A DNA stretch of 64,000 nucleotides, from contig JAUWYY010000005.1 in the NCBI GenBank assembly GCA_030615605.1, positions 119,067-183,066 of the forward strand, written 5' to 3'. The notes beneath the pieces were generated by a model that ran no database searches, was not told the origin of the DNA, and saw only the letters and a list, made by a program, of their open reading frames with translations. Source of the DNA: a bacterium. GTDB taxonomy: Bacteria; Armatimonadota; Zipacnadia; Zipacnadales; Zipacnadaceae. The translations under genes and the position numbers were made by a program. This document shows positions 16,908-26,562 of this stretch, piece by piece (positions within the stretch are counted from its first letter, which is position 1; each line of letters starts with the position of its first letter).

Positions 16908-19091
16908 ATGAACAGACACGAACAGGACTACACTCTGGAAGAGCGCTTGGCCAGGTCCGGCCTCAAAGGCCATCCCGGGGCCACCGCGGCCGCGGCCGCA
17001 GCCGCCCTTTCCGGGGATGAGAATCTGCTCAATCGGCTGGTGCAGTTGCTTGATGTCCACGCGGTCATGAACATGGCCGAAGACCACGCGTTCGTGCTGA
17101 ATCAGCCCGAGCCTGAAGACCTCCCCGCTGAGGGCATACCGTGGGTCTGGACTCTGCGCAACGACGGGTCGGCCTTCCCCTGCCCGTTGCCCACCGAGCA
17201 AGACTGGAATGCCTGCCTGCTGGGCACCACCGGTGTGGGGAAAAGCTACGGCGTCAAACACCTGGCCACCCAGCTGCACTTGGCCGGGGAAAGTGTGTGG
17301 ATCTTCGACGTGGAGAACGAGCACGCTGACGTGGCCGTGCAATTTCCTGCAGAAGAGTTCTTAGTGATCGACTACCAGCAGCTCAAGCGCAACATCTTCC
17401 AGCCAGTGCCCGGGGAAAGCCCCAAGGAGGCTATCCACCGCTGCCGCTCGGTGTGGCGGGAGTCGTGCTTCTTGCGCGACGGCAGCGAGAACATGCTGGG
17501 GGACATTCTGTGGCGGGAATACGAGAATCGTGGCGTGTTCCGCGGCAGTCGCAACTACCTCACGCTCGCCGACGTCTGCACCGACCTGACTCGCAAGAAA
17601 TACCGCACCCGCTCGCGAGAGTTCGCGTACTGGGAGACCTTGATGAACCGGACAACCTCGCTGGAGCAGCTTTTGGGTGAGCCTTATGATTGTGTGGAAG
17701 GCTTTGATCTGAGTGAGCTGGTCGGCAAGTCGATGGTCCTGCGCCTGCGGGGCATGGCTGACCAGCTCCGGCTGTTTTTCCTCAACGACCTTATCACCGC
17801 TGCTCTGACCTGCCAGGCACTGCGTCCGGGCAACACCCTGACCATAGTCATTGAAGAAGCCCACCTGACCTACTCTGCGTGGGAGCGGCGCAGTGACCTG
17901 GCCGAGCCGTGCATTCTGCAGGCTGCTCGCCGCGCCCGCAAGCGAGACACACGGCTGGTTTGGGTGGATCAGGTGCCGGCAGCGATGCCGCCTCAAGTAC
18001 TGGCCACCACCCGGGCCAAGACCATCTTTCGCCTCGAAGACGGCGATTCGAAGCGCACGGTGGCCCGCAGTTGCTCGCTGACGCGGGAGCAGGAGGAGTA
18101 CTTGAGCGAGATTCCCGAGAGATGTGCCGTGCAATTCCTGGGCGGTCTGTATCCCAAGGCGTTTCTGGTCAGGTTTCCCGAGCTCAATTTCATCCAGCCT
18201 ACGGAGGCGGAATTGGCCCGCAGGATGCGCCTCGTTCTGGCAGGCCTTCGGTACATGCCCAGACCGCAGCAGCCCAGCCCACCAACTCAGAAAGTGGTGG
18301 CGAAAACCACCCCAAAGGTGGAAGTCAAGCGCCAGCCTGCTCAGAAGGAGCCCACAGCATCCTCACTCACACGGGATGCCATTGACTACCTGATTGAGAT
18401 TGCTAAACATCCTTTTGAGACGGTAACGGAACGAGATGCCCGGCTGGGTCACAGTGGCTACATGGGTGCACGGCTGAGGGATGAACTGGCAGAACGCGGA
18501 CTGGTCGAGCCCTGCCGTGTCAATACCGGCAGGAGGGGTGGAACCATCGTGCTCTATCAGCCGACAGCCACCGGGTGGCGACACCTGAAGTCGGTGCTGC
18601 GCGTGCAAGTAGACCGCCCTCGCGGCAAAGGCGGCCCGGAACATCAGTACTGGCAGCACCAGGCAGCCGCTTGGTGCCGCAGTCGTTTTCCTGACAGCGA
18701 GATAGTGATAGAAGATCATCGCCTGGGCAAGGCAGTGGACGTGGCAGTGTACCTGCCTGACAGCCGCAAGATCGCCATGGAGATTGCCTTGGGTACGGCC
18801 GAGAAGCAACTGTTTGAAGTCGGCAACATCGAGGCTAACCTGGGTGTGGGCTATGACCAGGTGATCGTGGCGGCACGCACCGAGAAGGACCTCGACCGGA
18901 TCAGACGGACAGTGGTCCAGGAGCTGGGCGAGGATGCTGCTAGCAGAATCGAGTGGCGGCGGTTGCGTGAATTCCTGGAACAATCCGATAACGGCGCCGC
19001 AGAAGTCTTAAGTGATCAGCAGTCCCTGGATCTTTCGACACCTACCACACCAAAGGTGATAGTGAAAACGAAAAATGAGTCTGGCCTGTAG
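16908..19091 (+). CDS. HerA/VirB4-like ATPase fused to wHTH and PD-(D/E)XK-like domain
   Basis: Walker A GTTGVGKS, Walker B IVIEEAH, VDQVP, Pro-rich linker, wHTH, EHQYW, VDVAV..IAMEIA. Confidence 0.85.
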   Translation: MNRHEQDYTLEERLARSGLKGHPGATAAAAAAALSGDENLLNRLVQLLDVHAVMNMAEDHAFVLNQPEPEDLPAEGIPWVWTLRNDGSAFPCPLPTEQDWNACLLGTTGVGKSYGVKHLATQLHLAGESVWIFDVENEHADVAVQFPAEEFLVIDYQQLKRNIFQPVPGESPKEAIHRCRSVWRESCFLRDGSENMLGDILWREYENRGVFRGSRNYLTLADVCTDLTRKKYRTRSREFAYWETLMNRTTSLEQLLGEPYDCVEGFDLSELVGKSMVLRLRGMADQLRLFFLNDLITAALTCQALRPGNTLTIVIEEAHLTYSAWERRSDLAEPCILQAARRARKRDTRLVWVDQVPAAMPPQVLATTRAKTIFRLEDGDSKRTVARSCSLTREQEEYLSEIPERCAVQFLGGLYPKAFLVRFPELNFIQPTEAELARRMRLVLAGLRYMPRPQQPSPPTQKVVAKTTPKVEVKRQPAQKEPTASSLTRDAIDYLIEIAKHPFETVTERDARLGHSGYMGARLRDELAERGLVEPCRVNTGRRGGTIVLYQPTATGWRHLKSVLRVQVDRPRGKGGPEHQYWQHQAAAWCRSRFPDSEIVIEDHRLGKAVDVAVYLPDSRKIAMEIALGTAEKQLFEVGNIEANLGVGYDQVIVAARTEKDLDRIRRTVVQELGEDAASRIEWRRLREFLEQSDNGAAEVLSDQQSLDLSTPTTPKVIVKTKNESGL

Positions 19092-19161
19092 GCAACCGCA
19101 TATAGATCCGGCGAACATCATGTTCTGACCCCCCCGCCGGACACCAGTTAGGGATAGACAC

Positions 19162-20235
19162 ATGAGAAGCACTGTAGCTGAACATCAAAGCCAGGCAACG
19201 ACAGTAAGCCCCGGTTGCCAGTTGGGAGCGGCCGTTGTCGCTGACAACGAACAGGGAATCCACAATTTCCAGTACTTGGTGGATTCTTTTCTGACCTATC
19301 TTGAGCAGTACCGCCAAGCTTCTCCGCTTACCCTACAAGCCTATGGCCGGGATCTGAAGCGGCTGCATCGCTTCCTGGTGTCTCATGGCCTAGCGACAAA
19401 TGTCCGCAACATTACCAGCCGCGAGCTGCAGGCCTTTGCTGTCTCGATGAGTGGACTGGCTCCAGCCACGATCACACGGGCACTGAATGCTACCAGTTCG
19501 TTATTCAGTTATTTGATAAGAAGCGGTCTGGCAGAGTCCAACCCGGTCGACAGCGTGATCAAGCCCAAGCAGAGGCCTAGTCTGCCCCAGGGGCCAACCG
19601 TTCAGCAATGCCATCGGTTGGTCCAGGCCACTAGCGATATTCGCGACCGAGTTATGATCATGCTGCTGTTGACTGCGGGCCTGCGCCGCTCTGAGCTGCT
19701 GAATTCGCGAACCAGCGATTTGACAGCCGATCTGAGCCGCATTCGGATTATGGGCAAAGGCGGCAAGGAACGGGTAATACCTCTGCCGGAACAGACCCGG
19801 CGAATACTTGAGCAATACCTGGACGAGAGAGAATCAACCTCAGAGCTTCTCTTCCCTAACACGCGCGCCAAGCGCATGGGCAACTCGACGTTCTATCGAA
19901 TCTTCAAGCGCATTGTGAAGAGAGCCGGGCTTGACCAAGCAGGCATCACCGCCCATAGTCTGCGTCACGCCTATGCCACAATGCTGCTGCACTCGGCAGT
20001 GGATGTGAAGACAGTCCAAGAGCTGCTGGGCCATGCTGACCTGAGCACTACTTCACGCTACCTGCACTCGGATGACGCCACCAAGCAGGCTGCCGCTGAG
20101 GCGCTGCCTGACTTGCTCAGCGCGAATGAGGGGCAGGACACACTGAGCGAGAGCCATAGCGAGGAGGCCACGGCCGTTCACCCTAAGAAATTCCCCGCCA
20201 AGAACCGAATCAAATCAGTCTTCAAACGACTATAG
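19162..20235 (+). CDS. XerC/XerD-like tyrosine recombinase
   Basis: SPLTLQAY, GLRRSE, GKGGKER, HSLRH, LLGHADLSTTSRY. Confidence 0.95.
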   Translation: MRSTVAEHQSQATTVSPGCQLGAAVVADNEQGIHNFQYLVDSFLTYLEQYRQASPLTLQAYGRDLKRLHRFLVSHGLATNVRNITSRELQAFAVSMSGLAPATITRALNATSSLFSYLIRSGLAESNPVDSVIKPKQRPSLPQGPTVQQCHRLVQATSDIRDRVMIMLLLTAGLRRSELLNSRTSDLTADLSRIRIMGKGGKERVIPLPEQTRRILEQYLDERESTSELLFPNTRAKRMGNSTFYRIFKRIVKRAGLDQAGITAHSLRHAYATMLLHSAVDVKTVQELLGHADLSTTSRYLHSDDATKQAAAEALPDLLSANEGQDTLSESHSEEATAVHPKKFPAKNRIKSVFKRL

Positions 20236-20789
20236 TATAAGATAAGGCTGAGTGGATCAGGAGAATTGCACTTGACCTTGGCAGGAAGTCCGGGCGTAGT
20301 TCCGGTAAGTAAACTCGTTGATTAGCTTCGGACTCACAGAGTCGGGAAGGCAGGCTCGAGGAGACAGCCGCATGAGGGCACGTGAGGAAGAGTGCAAGAT
20401 GTGTGCTATTGGCTCAGGGGGTTGCACAATTGCTGTGCAAGGTGGCCTGCGCTTCTGTGTTTGAGCGAGCATATGACAGCACATATGATGCGGCGAGAGG
20501 TATTGAGGCAGGCTTAGACTGGCAAGCAGGCGGTGAGAGAAGGCCAATGTTTCGAGGTATCCAACTCGGGCGGTTGCGCGATAGGAGCGCAGGAGCATGC
20601 CCGTTAGCTGTCCGAAGGCCGCTAATGTGGGTTCGTTCAACCGAAAGGGCCTCCGGACAGCCCACAAATGCCTGACTCTTGTACATGCATCACCAGGGCA
20701 GACAGGGACCTGTGGCAGATTCGAAGAACATCGAACAGACCAGAAGGTAGGTGAGGAATTCCGGTTCTACAAGTAAACAGGAGGAGAAC

Positions 20790-20843
20790 ATGTTAGAGAA
20801 AAGAGGATTTGCCTTGATTGAATTGATGGCGGTGGTACTATGA
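20790..20843 (+). pseudogene. Stub of a prepilin-type N-terminal methylation-site protein
   Basis: SD AGGAGG then MLEKRGFALIELMAVVL-stop. Confidence 0.55.
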
Positions 20844-21395
20844 TATTCTGGTGTGCTCCCGATAAGGAGTATGCCGTCAGACAAGCCCTGCGCGGCGTGG
20901 ATGCCACTATCTTTGATTGCTCGATCAGCAGGGCTTACTGCTGTGGTAGGAAGTAGAGAACTATGGTCGGCACCGGGAGGAATTCGTGATTGACTCAAAG
21001 AATATTATCCGAAACGAGCACCTGGATGAGAAATCCAGGTCAAACAGATGCTGTCCGGCAAAGTGGCTTGGTCGACCTACGAGTTCGGTCACATACCCGA
21101 GGCTGCCGCCGTCTGTCAGGAGATAATGGAAAAATACCCGGATTCACGTCACTCCGGGGAACCGAGCGATCTGTTGGATCAAATTCGCCGTGTCGGAGCA
21201 CCGAGCGAGTGAGGCGCAGCGGCATAAGGTCGCGGCAAGCAGCAAGTCGACAAGAACCGGTTGACGGTGATGTCGTCTTGGCAGCACACTATTCTGGAGG
21301 AATGTCACCATCGCGTCGACGGGGAAGCAAATATGGATGCTACTTAGTCGCGGACAAGGACAAACAGACAGAGATTTTGGGCGGAGGCTCTCATA

Positions 21396-22445
21396 GTGGG
21401 TGGCACTTTCGACAGCCTGAGCCGGGATGCCAGACCTCCGGCCGCAGACTCGACGGCACAAATCCCAACGCCAGAACGTGTCTGGGCAGAGCTTGTCCAG
21501 CTCTGCGCAGTAGGTATGGGTTTCGACAGCCAGATGAGCCTGCCGCATCGACAATTCCAGGAGGACTTGCCTGCTGTCTTCGACCTGAGCCAGAGACACG
21601 GGGTGACGGGACTAGCCTATGAGGGATGCGAGAGAATGGGATATGCCAAAGCTATGGATCCGCACCTTATCAGACAATCAGCAATAAGCTTGCTGCTTAC
21701 AGGAGCAAGGCAGAAGCAGCACGGTCTAGCAATCGCAGAGAGCACAGATGCGCTGGAGAGCGCCGGCATCCGTAGCGTGGTGCTCAAAGGGCTGGCCACA
21801 GCCCATATGTGCTACTCTGACCCGGCGTTACGGCCCTCTGGCGACATTGACCTTCTTGTGGATGTTGACAACAAAGAACGCGCGATAGCGGCGTTGCTCA
21901 ATATTGGCTACGAGGTCCGGGCGGATCCCGTGCCCACCAGTCATATTCTGGCATTTTATTACGCGATAAGCTTAATTAGGGACGGCATTACCATTGACCT
22001 TCACTGGGACCTGCTGAACTGGGGCAGGGAGATCCCAGAGAGCCCGACGATAGAGATTGCAGAGAGGATGCTCAACCGTCGGGCCCTCAGGAAGCTGGGT
22101 GAGGCCGAAGCTTGCGTTCTGACGCCGGGCGACGCGCTGTTGAGCTCCTGCCTTCACCTGTTCGCTCACCGCGGAGAGCGGCGTCTTCTGTGGCTGTGTG
22201 ACACAGCTGCGTTGGCCAGGCATCTCAGGCCTAACCAGTGGTCCGGGATCCGAGGAGAATTAGCGCGGTCCGGCCGTATGGAAGTGTTAGGCACTGCAGT
22301 TCGCACGACACTGGCGCAGGCATGCCGTGATTTTGGCATACCCACTGGACTGAAGTTCTGCAAGGGACTGCCGTGCAGTCGTGCACTACAGGACCTGTTC
22401 GTGTGGCGGCCAGACCTGCACCCGAGGCACAACTTTGATCGCTAG
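21396..22445 (+). CDS. Nucleotidyltransferase family protein (NTP_transf_5-like), possibly 3'-truncated
   Basis: VVLKG..Y..PALRPSGDIDLLV, IDLHW, LLWLCD. Confidence 0.85.
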   Translation: MGGTFDSLSRDARPPAADSTAQIPTPERVWAELVQLCAVGMGFDSQMSLPHRQFQEDLPAVFDLSQRHGVTGLAYEGCERMGYAKAMDPHLIRQSAISLLLTGARQKQHGLAIAESTDALESAGIRSVVLKGLATAHMCYSDPALRPSGDIDLLVDVDNKERAIAALLNIGYEVRADPVPTSHILAFYYAISLIRDGITIDLHWDLLNWGREIPESPTIEIAERMLNRRALRKLGEAEACVLTPGDALLSSCLHLFAHRGERRLLWLCDTAALARHLRPNQWSGIRGELARSGRMEVLGTAVRTTLAQACRDFGIPTGLKFCKGLPCSRALQDLFVWRPDLHPRHNFDR

Positions 22446-22489
22446 AATGAACGGGTGTTGCCAGCAGGCCGTTTCGCATTCACGTCTCT

Positions 22490-22977
22490 CCCACATCTCA
22501 TCGCCCTGCCGTCGCTGGGTTGAACGCGGCTGCCCGAACACGCGACAGGCGCGGCACTCGGAGACCATTTCCCGACCCAGCACTTCCCTCACTTGCTCTA
22601 CCGCTACCCGGCGCCGGGCCGGGCTCAGTAGTTTCCCGACGCCGCCTCCTTCAAAATGGAATTGTCCAGAGCCTGCTCGGCTACCAGCTTCTTGAGACGA
22701 GCGTTCTCCTTTTCCAGCTCCTTAAGCCGCTTCGCTTCATCTACGCGCATACCCCCATACTCCGCACGCCACCAGTAGTAAGTATGATCCGTTACCCCCA
22801 TCTTCTTGCATACTTGGTCCACCGTAGCTCCCTTAGCTAACTCCACTTCTGCCTGCCGTAACTTGTTGATGATCTGCTCCGGGCTGTGTCTCTTCGGGCT
22901 CATCATACCGCCCTCCCTTGCATCCAGATTCCCCAAGTAGTAACATTCAACTGGGCTCGTTCTCAGGGGCAAGGACA
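22490..22977 (-). mobile_element. IS3-family (IS407-group-like) 5' fragment: left end, orfA (22625..22906) and start of orfB
   Basis: HSPEQIINKLRQAE..RLKELEKENARLKKLVAE; SECRACRV..RSTQR; left end TGTCCTTGCCCC. Confidence 0.85.
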
Positions 22978-22991
22978 GCGACTCGTATGAC

Positions 22992-23020
22992 TTGACAAAA
23001 AGCGCAGTACCTGGCATAAT
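22992..23020 (+). promoter_or_regulatory. Sigma70-like promoter of the RiPP maturase operon
   Basis: TTGACA-17 bp-CATAAT with TG extended -10. Confidence 0.6.
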
Positions 23021-23120
23021 GGGCACATCGTGCGATTATCTCGCGCTGGCGGATTCACTAAAGCGAGACGGATTTAGTAATAGGGGGTACGTGGCAATCT
23101 GCCAGCAAGGGGTGGTGTTA

Positions 23121-23432
23121 GTGTCAAGAAACGATTCGGACCTGGCGCAGTGCGTGGTCAAATCTATCGATACAGTCTCAGAAAGAGTCGGAGAGCAGGT
23201 ATTCGTGTTATCAACACGAGATAATAGATTATTTACCTTCAATGGGGTTGGTGCCGAAATCTGGGAGCTCTTGGATGGGACAAGAACCACAGACGACATA
23301 GTCCAAGCCGTGTGTTCGAGGTTCCATGTCCGTCGTGCAGACGCCCGAAGGGACGTGTCACTGTTTCTCCAACATCTGGCGCAACGGGGTCTGACAGATG
23401 TGTTTGCCAACCTCGCATGCCGCGAAGATTAA
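23121..23432 (+). CDS. PqqD-family RiPP recognition element (RRE)
   Basis: LFTFNGVGAEIWELLDG..ARRDVSLFLQHLAQRGL. Confidence 0.9.
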   Translation: MSRNDSDLAQCVVKSIDTVSERVGEQVFVLSTRDNRLFTFNGVGAEIWELLDGTRTTDDIVQAVCSRFHVRRADARRDVSLFLQHLAQRGLTDVFANLACRED

Positions 23433-23530
23433 GACGTAACAAAGACCTCAGCACAAGATTTTGCTGCCTTTCGTGGCGCGAGGGTGCGATTGAGCAGCGC
23501 TAACGGCTCAGGAGGGAGCCCAAGGAGCAT

Positions 23531-24340
23531 ATGCAGGCGGGAAGAGGTGTACGGCAAGTTATTCGGTACACTGCGAAGAAGATACTCAGGATAGGCCATT
23601 GCCTTTCATGCTCTGTCAAACGCCATGGCCTCAACGCCAATGCGGACACGGGCCGAGCCTTGGACCTTGGCTCGGTGAAACTGTCACTTGTCAAGCGGGC
23701 GATTCAGGCACAAGGCGGCTTGATGCTGGAATTTGGGGGGTACAGCATGATGCCCAGCATCCGACCTGGGAATACGCTTAAGGTAGTGAAGGCTAGTCCT
23801 GATACCCTCACAACAGGAGATGTGATAGCATTCTTGGCCGGGAGACGAATTGTGGTGCATCGGATTGTGGGGTTGAAACATGGCTGGCGGAAGTGGTACT
23901 TCGTCACCAAAGGGGATAATTGTCAAGTCGAAGATTCACTCGTTGCACCACACCAAGTGCTTGGAATAGTGTGTAAAATACAGACGGGGGCACTAGGACC
24001 TGAACTATCAAGCTCTGTCACTACCAGTACTATCGGGGGATATGAAATGGACCACCAAGCAAGGCCCGTGGCCAAGCCAGGTGTCATATGTCGTAAAGAG
24101 GATGCCGACGGTGTCCTGTTCGACCACGGTACAGGATCCGCAAAGATCCTGAACAGCGTAGGACTCATCGTGTGGGGTTGCTGTGATGGCAGTTGGACGC
24201 TGTCGTCGATCATTGACATGGTTCACAAGCGGTTCCTCGACGTACCGCGCGAGACCATCTCTGCCGATGTCGACAAGTTTGTAATGGAATTGGAAGAGCT
24301 CGAGTTTCTGAGCATTGCAGAGAAGGAGCTCAGCAAGTGA
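23531..24340 (+). CDS. S24/S26 signal-peptidase-like domain fused to PqqD/RRE domain
   Basis: GYSMMP, VVHRI, TKGDN; C-terminal LFD..ILNSVGLIVWGCCDG..DVDKFVMEL. Confidence 0.8.
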   Translation: MQAGRGVRQVIRYTAKKILRIGHCLSCSVKRHGLNANADTGRALDLGSVKLSLVKRAIQAQGGLMLEFGGYSMMPSIRPGNTLKVVKASPDTLTTGDVIAFLAGRRIVVHRIVGLKHGWRKWYFVTKGDNCQVEDSLVAPHQVLGIVCKIQTGALGPELSSSVTTSTIGGYEMDHQARPVAKPGVICRKEDADGVLFDHGTGSAKILNSVGLIVWGCCDGSWTLSSIIDMVHKRFLDVPRETISADVDKFVMELEELEFLSIAEKELSK

Positions 24341-25383
24341 AGGACCATCTGCCATCCGCGCCTTTTGCTGCTTCTGTGGCGATTACAGCCCGTTGCAATC
24401 TCCGGTGTAAACACTGCTTTGCTACAGGAGGCGCTCCTCTCGATGACGAGCTTTCTACACCTGAGCTCATCGAATTAGTGCATGGTTTAGCCCGTGCCAA
24501 GATCTTCTGGGTAACCGTGACAGGGGGAGAGCCGCTTTGCCATGATGACTTGCTGGACATCCTCAGCAGCATTGAGGAACACAACATGCGATGCAGTCTG
24601 AACACAAACTGCACCTTGGTGTCTAAGAGTGTGGCTCAGAAGCTAGCTGCTGTTCCTGTACGTGGAGGGATATCAGTGAGCCTAGACGGGTCGAAGGCGG
24701 TGGTGGTCGATGCTATCCGGGGCGCTGGAGTCTTCAAAAGGACGGTTATTGGGATCGAGCAGCTAATTGAGTGTGGACTCACGGTTCGAGGCGTCACTGT
24801 GGTCAACAAGTACAATCAGATGGATCTGCTCAACATTGCCCGACTTGCAAGGGAGCTAGGACTTGTCGAAATAGACTTCAACGACATGGTGGGCGCTGGC
24901 TGCGCCAGCGTTAACGCACTGCAGCTTCAACTGACGCCTTCACAAAGGAAGTACGCGGTTGACATAGTTGACCAACTCTCGGAAGAGTATCCTGGATTCA
25001 TAGGCGGTGCCTACCTTCAATGGGGAAGGCAGCTGAAAGGTTTCTCGAAGAGTCCTGAAAGGTTGTTGGAAGGCAAACAAAACACTCTGGATGGGTGCGG
25101 AGCTGCGTTTAGTGCGTGCACCATTAGACCTGACGGGTGGGTCGTTCCTTGTGACGCACTGTGGGATGTGAAGGCCGGCAATGTTAGACAAGAAGACATT
25201 GTGTACATATGGCGAAGTTCCCGGGTTTTCAACGAATTTCGAAGGCTCAAAACTGTCAATTTGGGCCAAGTGCCAGGCTGCAGTGACTGCCAGTACAATA
25301 CGCTGTGCCACGGAGGATGTCGTGCCTCCGCCTACCATGCAACTGGTAACTTGGCGGGCCGTGACCCATTCTGTTGGTATTGA
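24337..25383 (+). CDS. Radical SAM/SPASM enzyme (ScmE-like)
   Basis: CNLRCKHC, TGGEP, SPASM CGA..C / CSDC..C.GGC..DPFC. Confidence 0.9.
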   Translation: MKDHLPSAPFAASVAITARCNLRCKHCFATGGAPLDDELSTPELIELVHGLARAKIFWVTVTGGEPLCHDDLLDILSSIEEHNMRCSLNTNCTLVSKSVAQKLAAVPVRGGISVSLDGSKAVVVDAIRGAGVFKRTVIGIEQLIECGLTVRGVTVVNKYNQMDLLNIARLARELGLVEIDFNDMVGAGCASVNALQLQLTPSQRKYAVDIVDQLSEEYPGFIGGAYLQWGRQLKGFSKSPERLLEGKQNTLDGCGAAFSACTIRPDGWVVPCDALWDVKAGNVRQEDIVYIWRSSRVFNEFRRLKTVNLGQVPGCSDCQYNTLCHGGCRASAYHATGNLAGRDPFCWY

Positions 25384-25410
25384 CGTCAGGCGCGAGAGAA
25401 GCGTCAAATC

Positions 25411-26502
25411 GTGGAAAGAGCGTGCCCCAAACTCAGGACGATGTCGTTGCACGTCACGGGCAGATGTAATTTGAGGTGCCGCCATTGCTGGGTAAGCCCG
25501 GCCCCAGCTGAGTGCTCGCAGATCGGCAGCGCAGAACTCAGCCTTGCCGAGATTGACGCTGTCATGTCCGAGGCGGTTACCCTCGGATTAGGCTCAGTAA
25601 CAGTAACCGGGGGGGAGCCGCTATTGAGACCAGACATACTGCAAGTACTTCGATGCCTCCGTAGTCACGGTCTCTCGGCATCGCTTGAGACAAATGGCAC
25701 ACTGGTTGATGATCGAATCGCGGAAGACCTTGGTGGTGTGAGATTGGCCGTGGTAGCGGTGAGCTTGGATGGCGCGTGTGGGGATACACATGACAGGTTT
25801 CGCGGCGTTATCGGCGCATTTGAAGCCACAGTTCACGCCATCGAATTGCTCAAGAAGCGGGGCGTTTTTGTGCAGGTCATAACCTGTGTGTGGAAGGGTA
25901 ACTGTGACGAATTGCGTAGCATTTTCGAACTGGCTTGCCGTTTGGGAGTGGACGAATTGAAAATCACCCCAATCTCGGCATTTGGTCGCGCTAGCAACAA
26001 GATGAGCACGAAGCAACTACGCTTGTCGATGCCAGCACAGTTGGAACTTCACCAACGCGTGAGTTCGTGGGTCAGCGAATCGGGGCCAACACGTGCATTC
26101 TTTTCTGTACCGTACGCGTTTCGACCATTGGACAGCCTAGCCAAGAGTATGCATCCGTGTCCGCTTCACACCCGTCTGGGGGTACTGCACGACGGTCGCG
26201 TTTCTATTTGCGGGATCGGAGAAGCAGATGGGAAGCTCCTTTTCGGCAACATTCGTGAGACTTCCTTGGCACAGTTATGGCATCAGAGTCTTGGTCTGGC
26301 AGAAATACGGAGGAGAATCCCCTCCGAACTCGAAGGGGTATGTGGCAACTGCATTCTGAAAACATACTGTCTCGGATTCTGCCGATCCGCGGCATATTTG
26401 GAGAGCGGTTCTGTTACGGCTCCTAATTCGTTCTGTCAAGAGGCGCTCGAAAGGGGATTGTTCCCACGCTCCAGGCTGATTGATCCCAATCTAGCTACAT
26501 GA
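25411..26502 (+). CDS. Radical SAM/SPASM enzyme (ScmF-like)
   Basis: CNLRCRHCW, SICGIG, CGNC..CLGFC, ends GLFPRSRL. Confidence 0.9.
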   Translation: MERACPKLRTMSLHVTGRCNLRCRHCWVSPAPAECSQIGSAELSLAEIDAVMSEAVTLGLGSVTVTGGEPLLRPDILQVLRCLRSHGLSASLETNGTLVDDRIAEDLGGVRLAVVAVSLDGACGDTHDRFRGVIGAFEATVHAIELLKKRGVFVQVITCVWKGNCDELRSIFELACRLGVDELKITPISAFGRASNKMSTKQLRLSMPAQLELHQRVSSWVSESGPTRAFFSVPYAFRPLDSLAKSMHPCPLHTRLGVLHDGRVSICGIGEADGKLLFGNIRETSLAQLWHQSLGLAEIRRRIPSELEGVCGNCILKTYCLGFCRSAAYLESGSVTAPNSFCQEALERGLFPRSRLIDPNLAT

Positions 26503-26562
26503 TTGCGCACTAGGCAAGGTGCGAAAACGCCGCATTGTTCGCGCGTCAAGAGGATTGAGACG

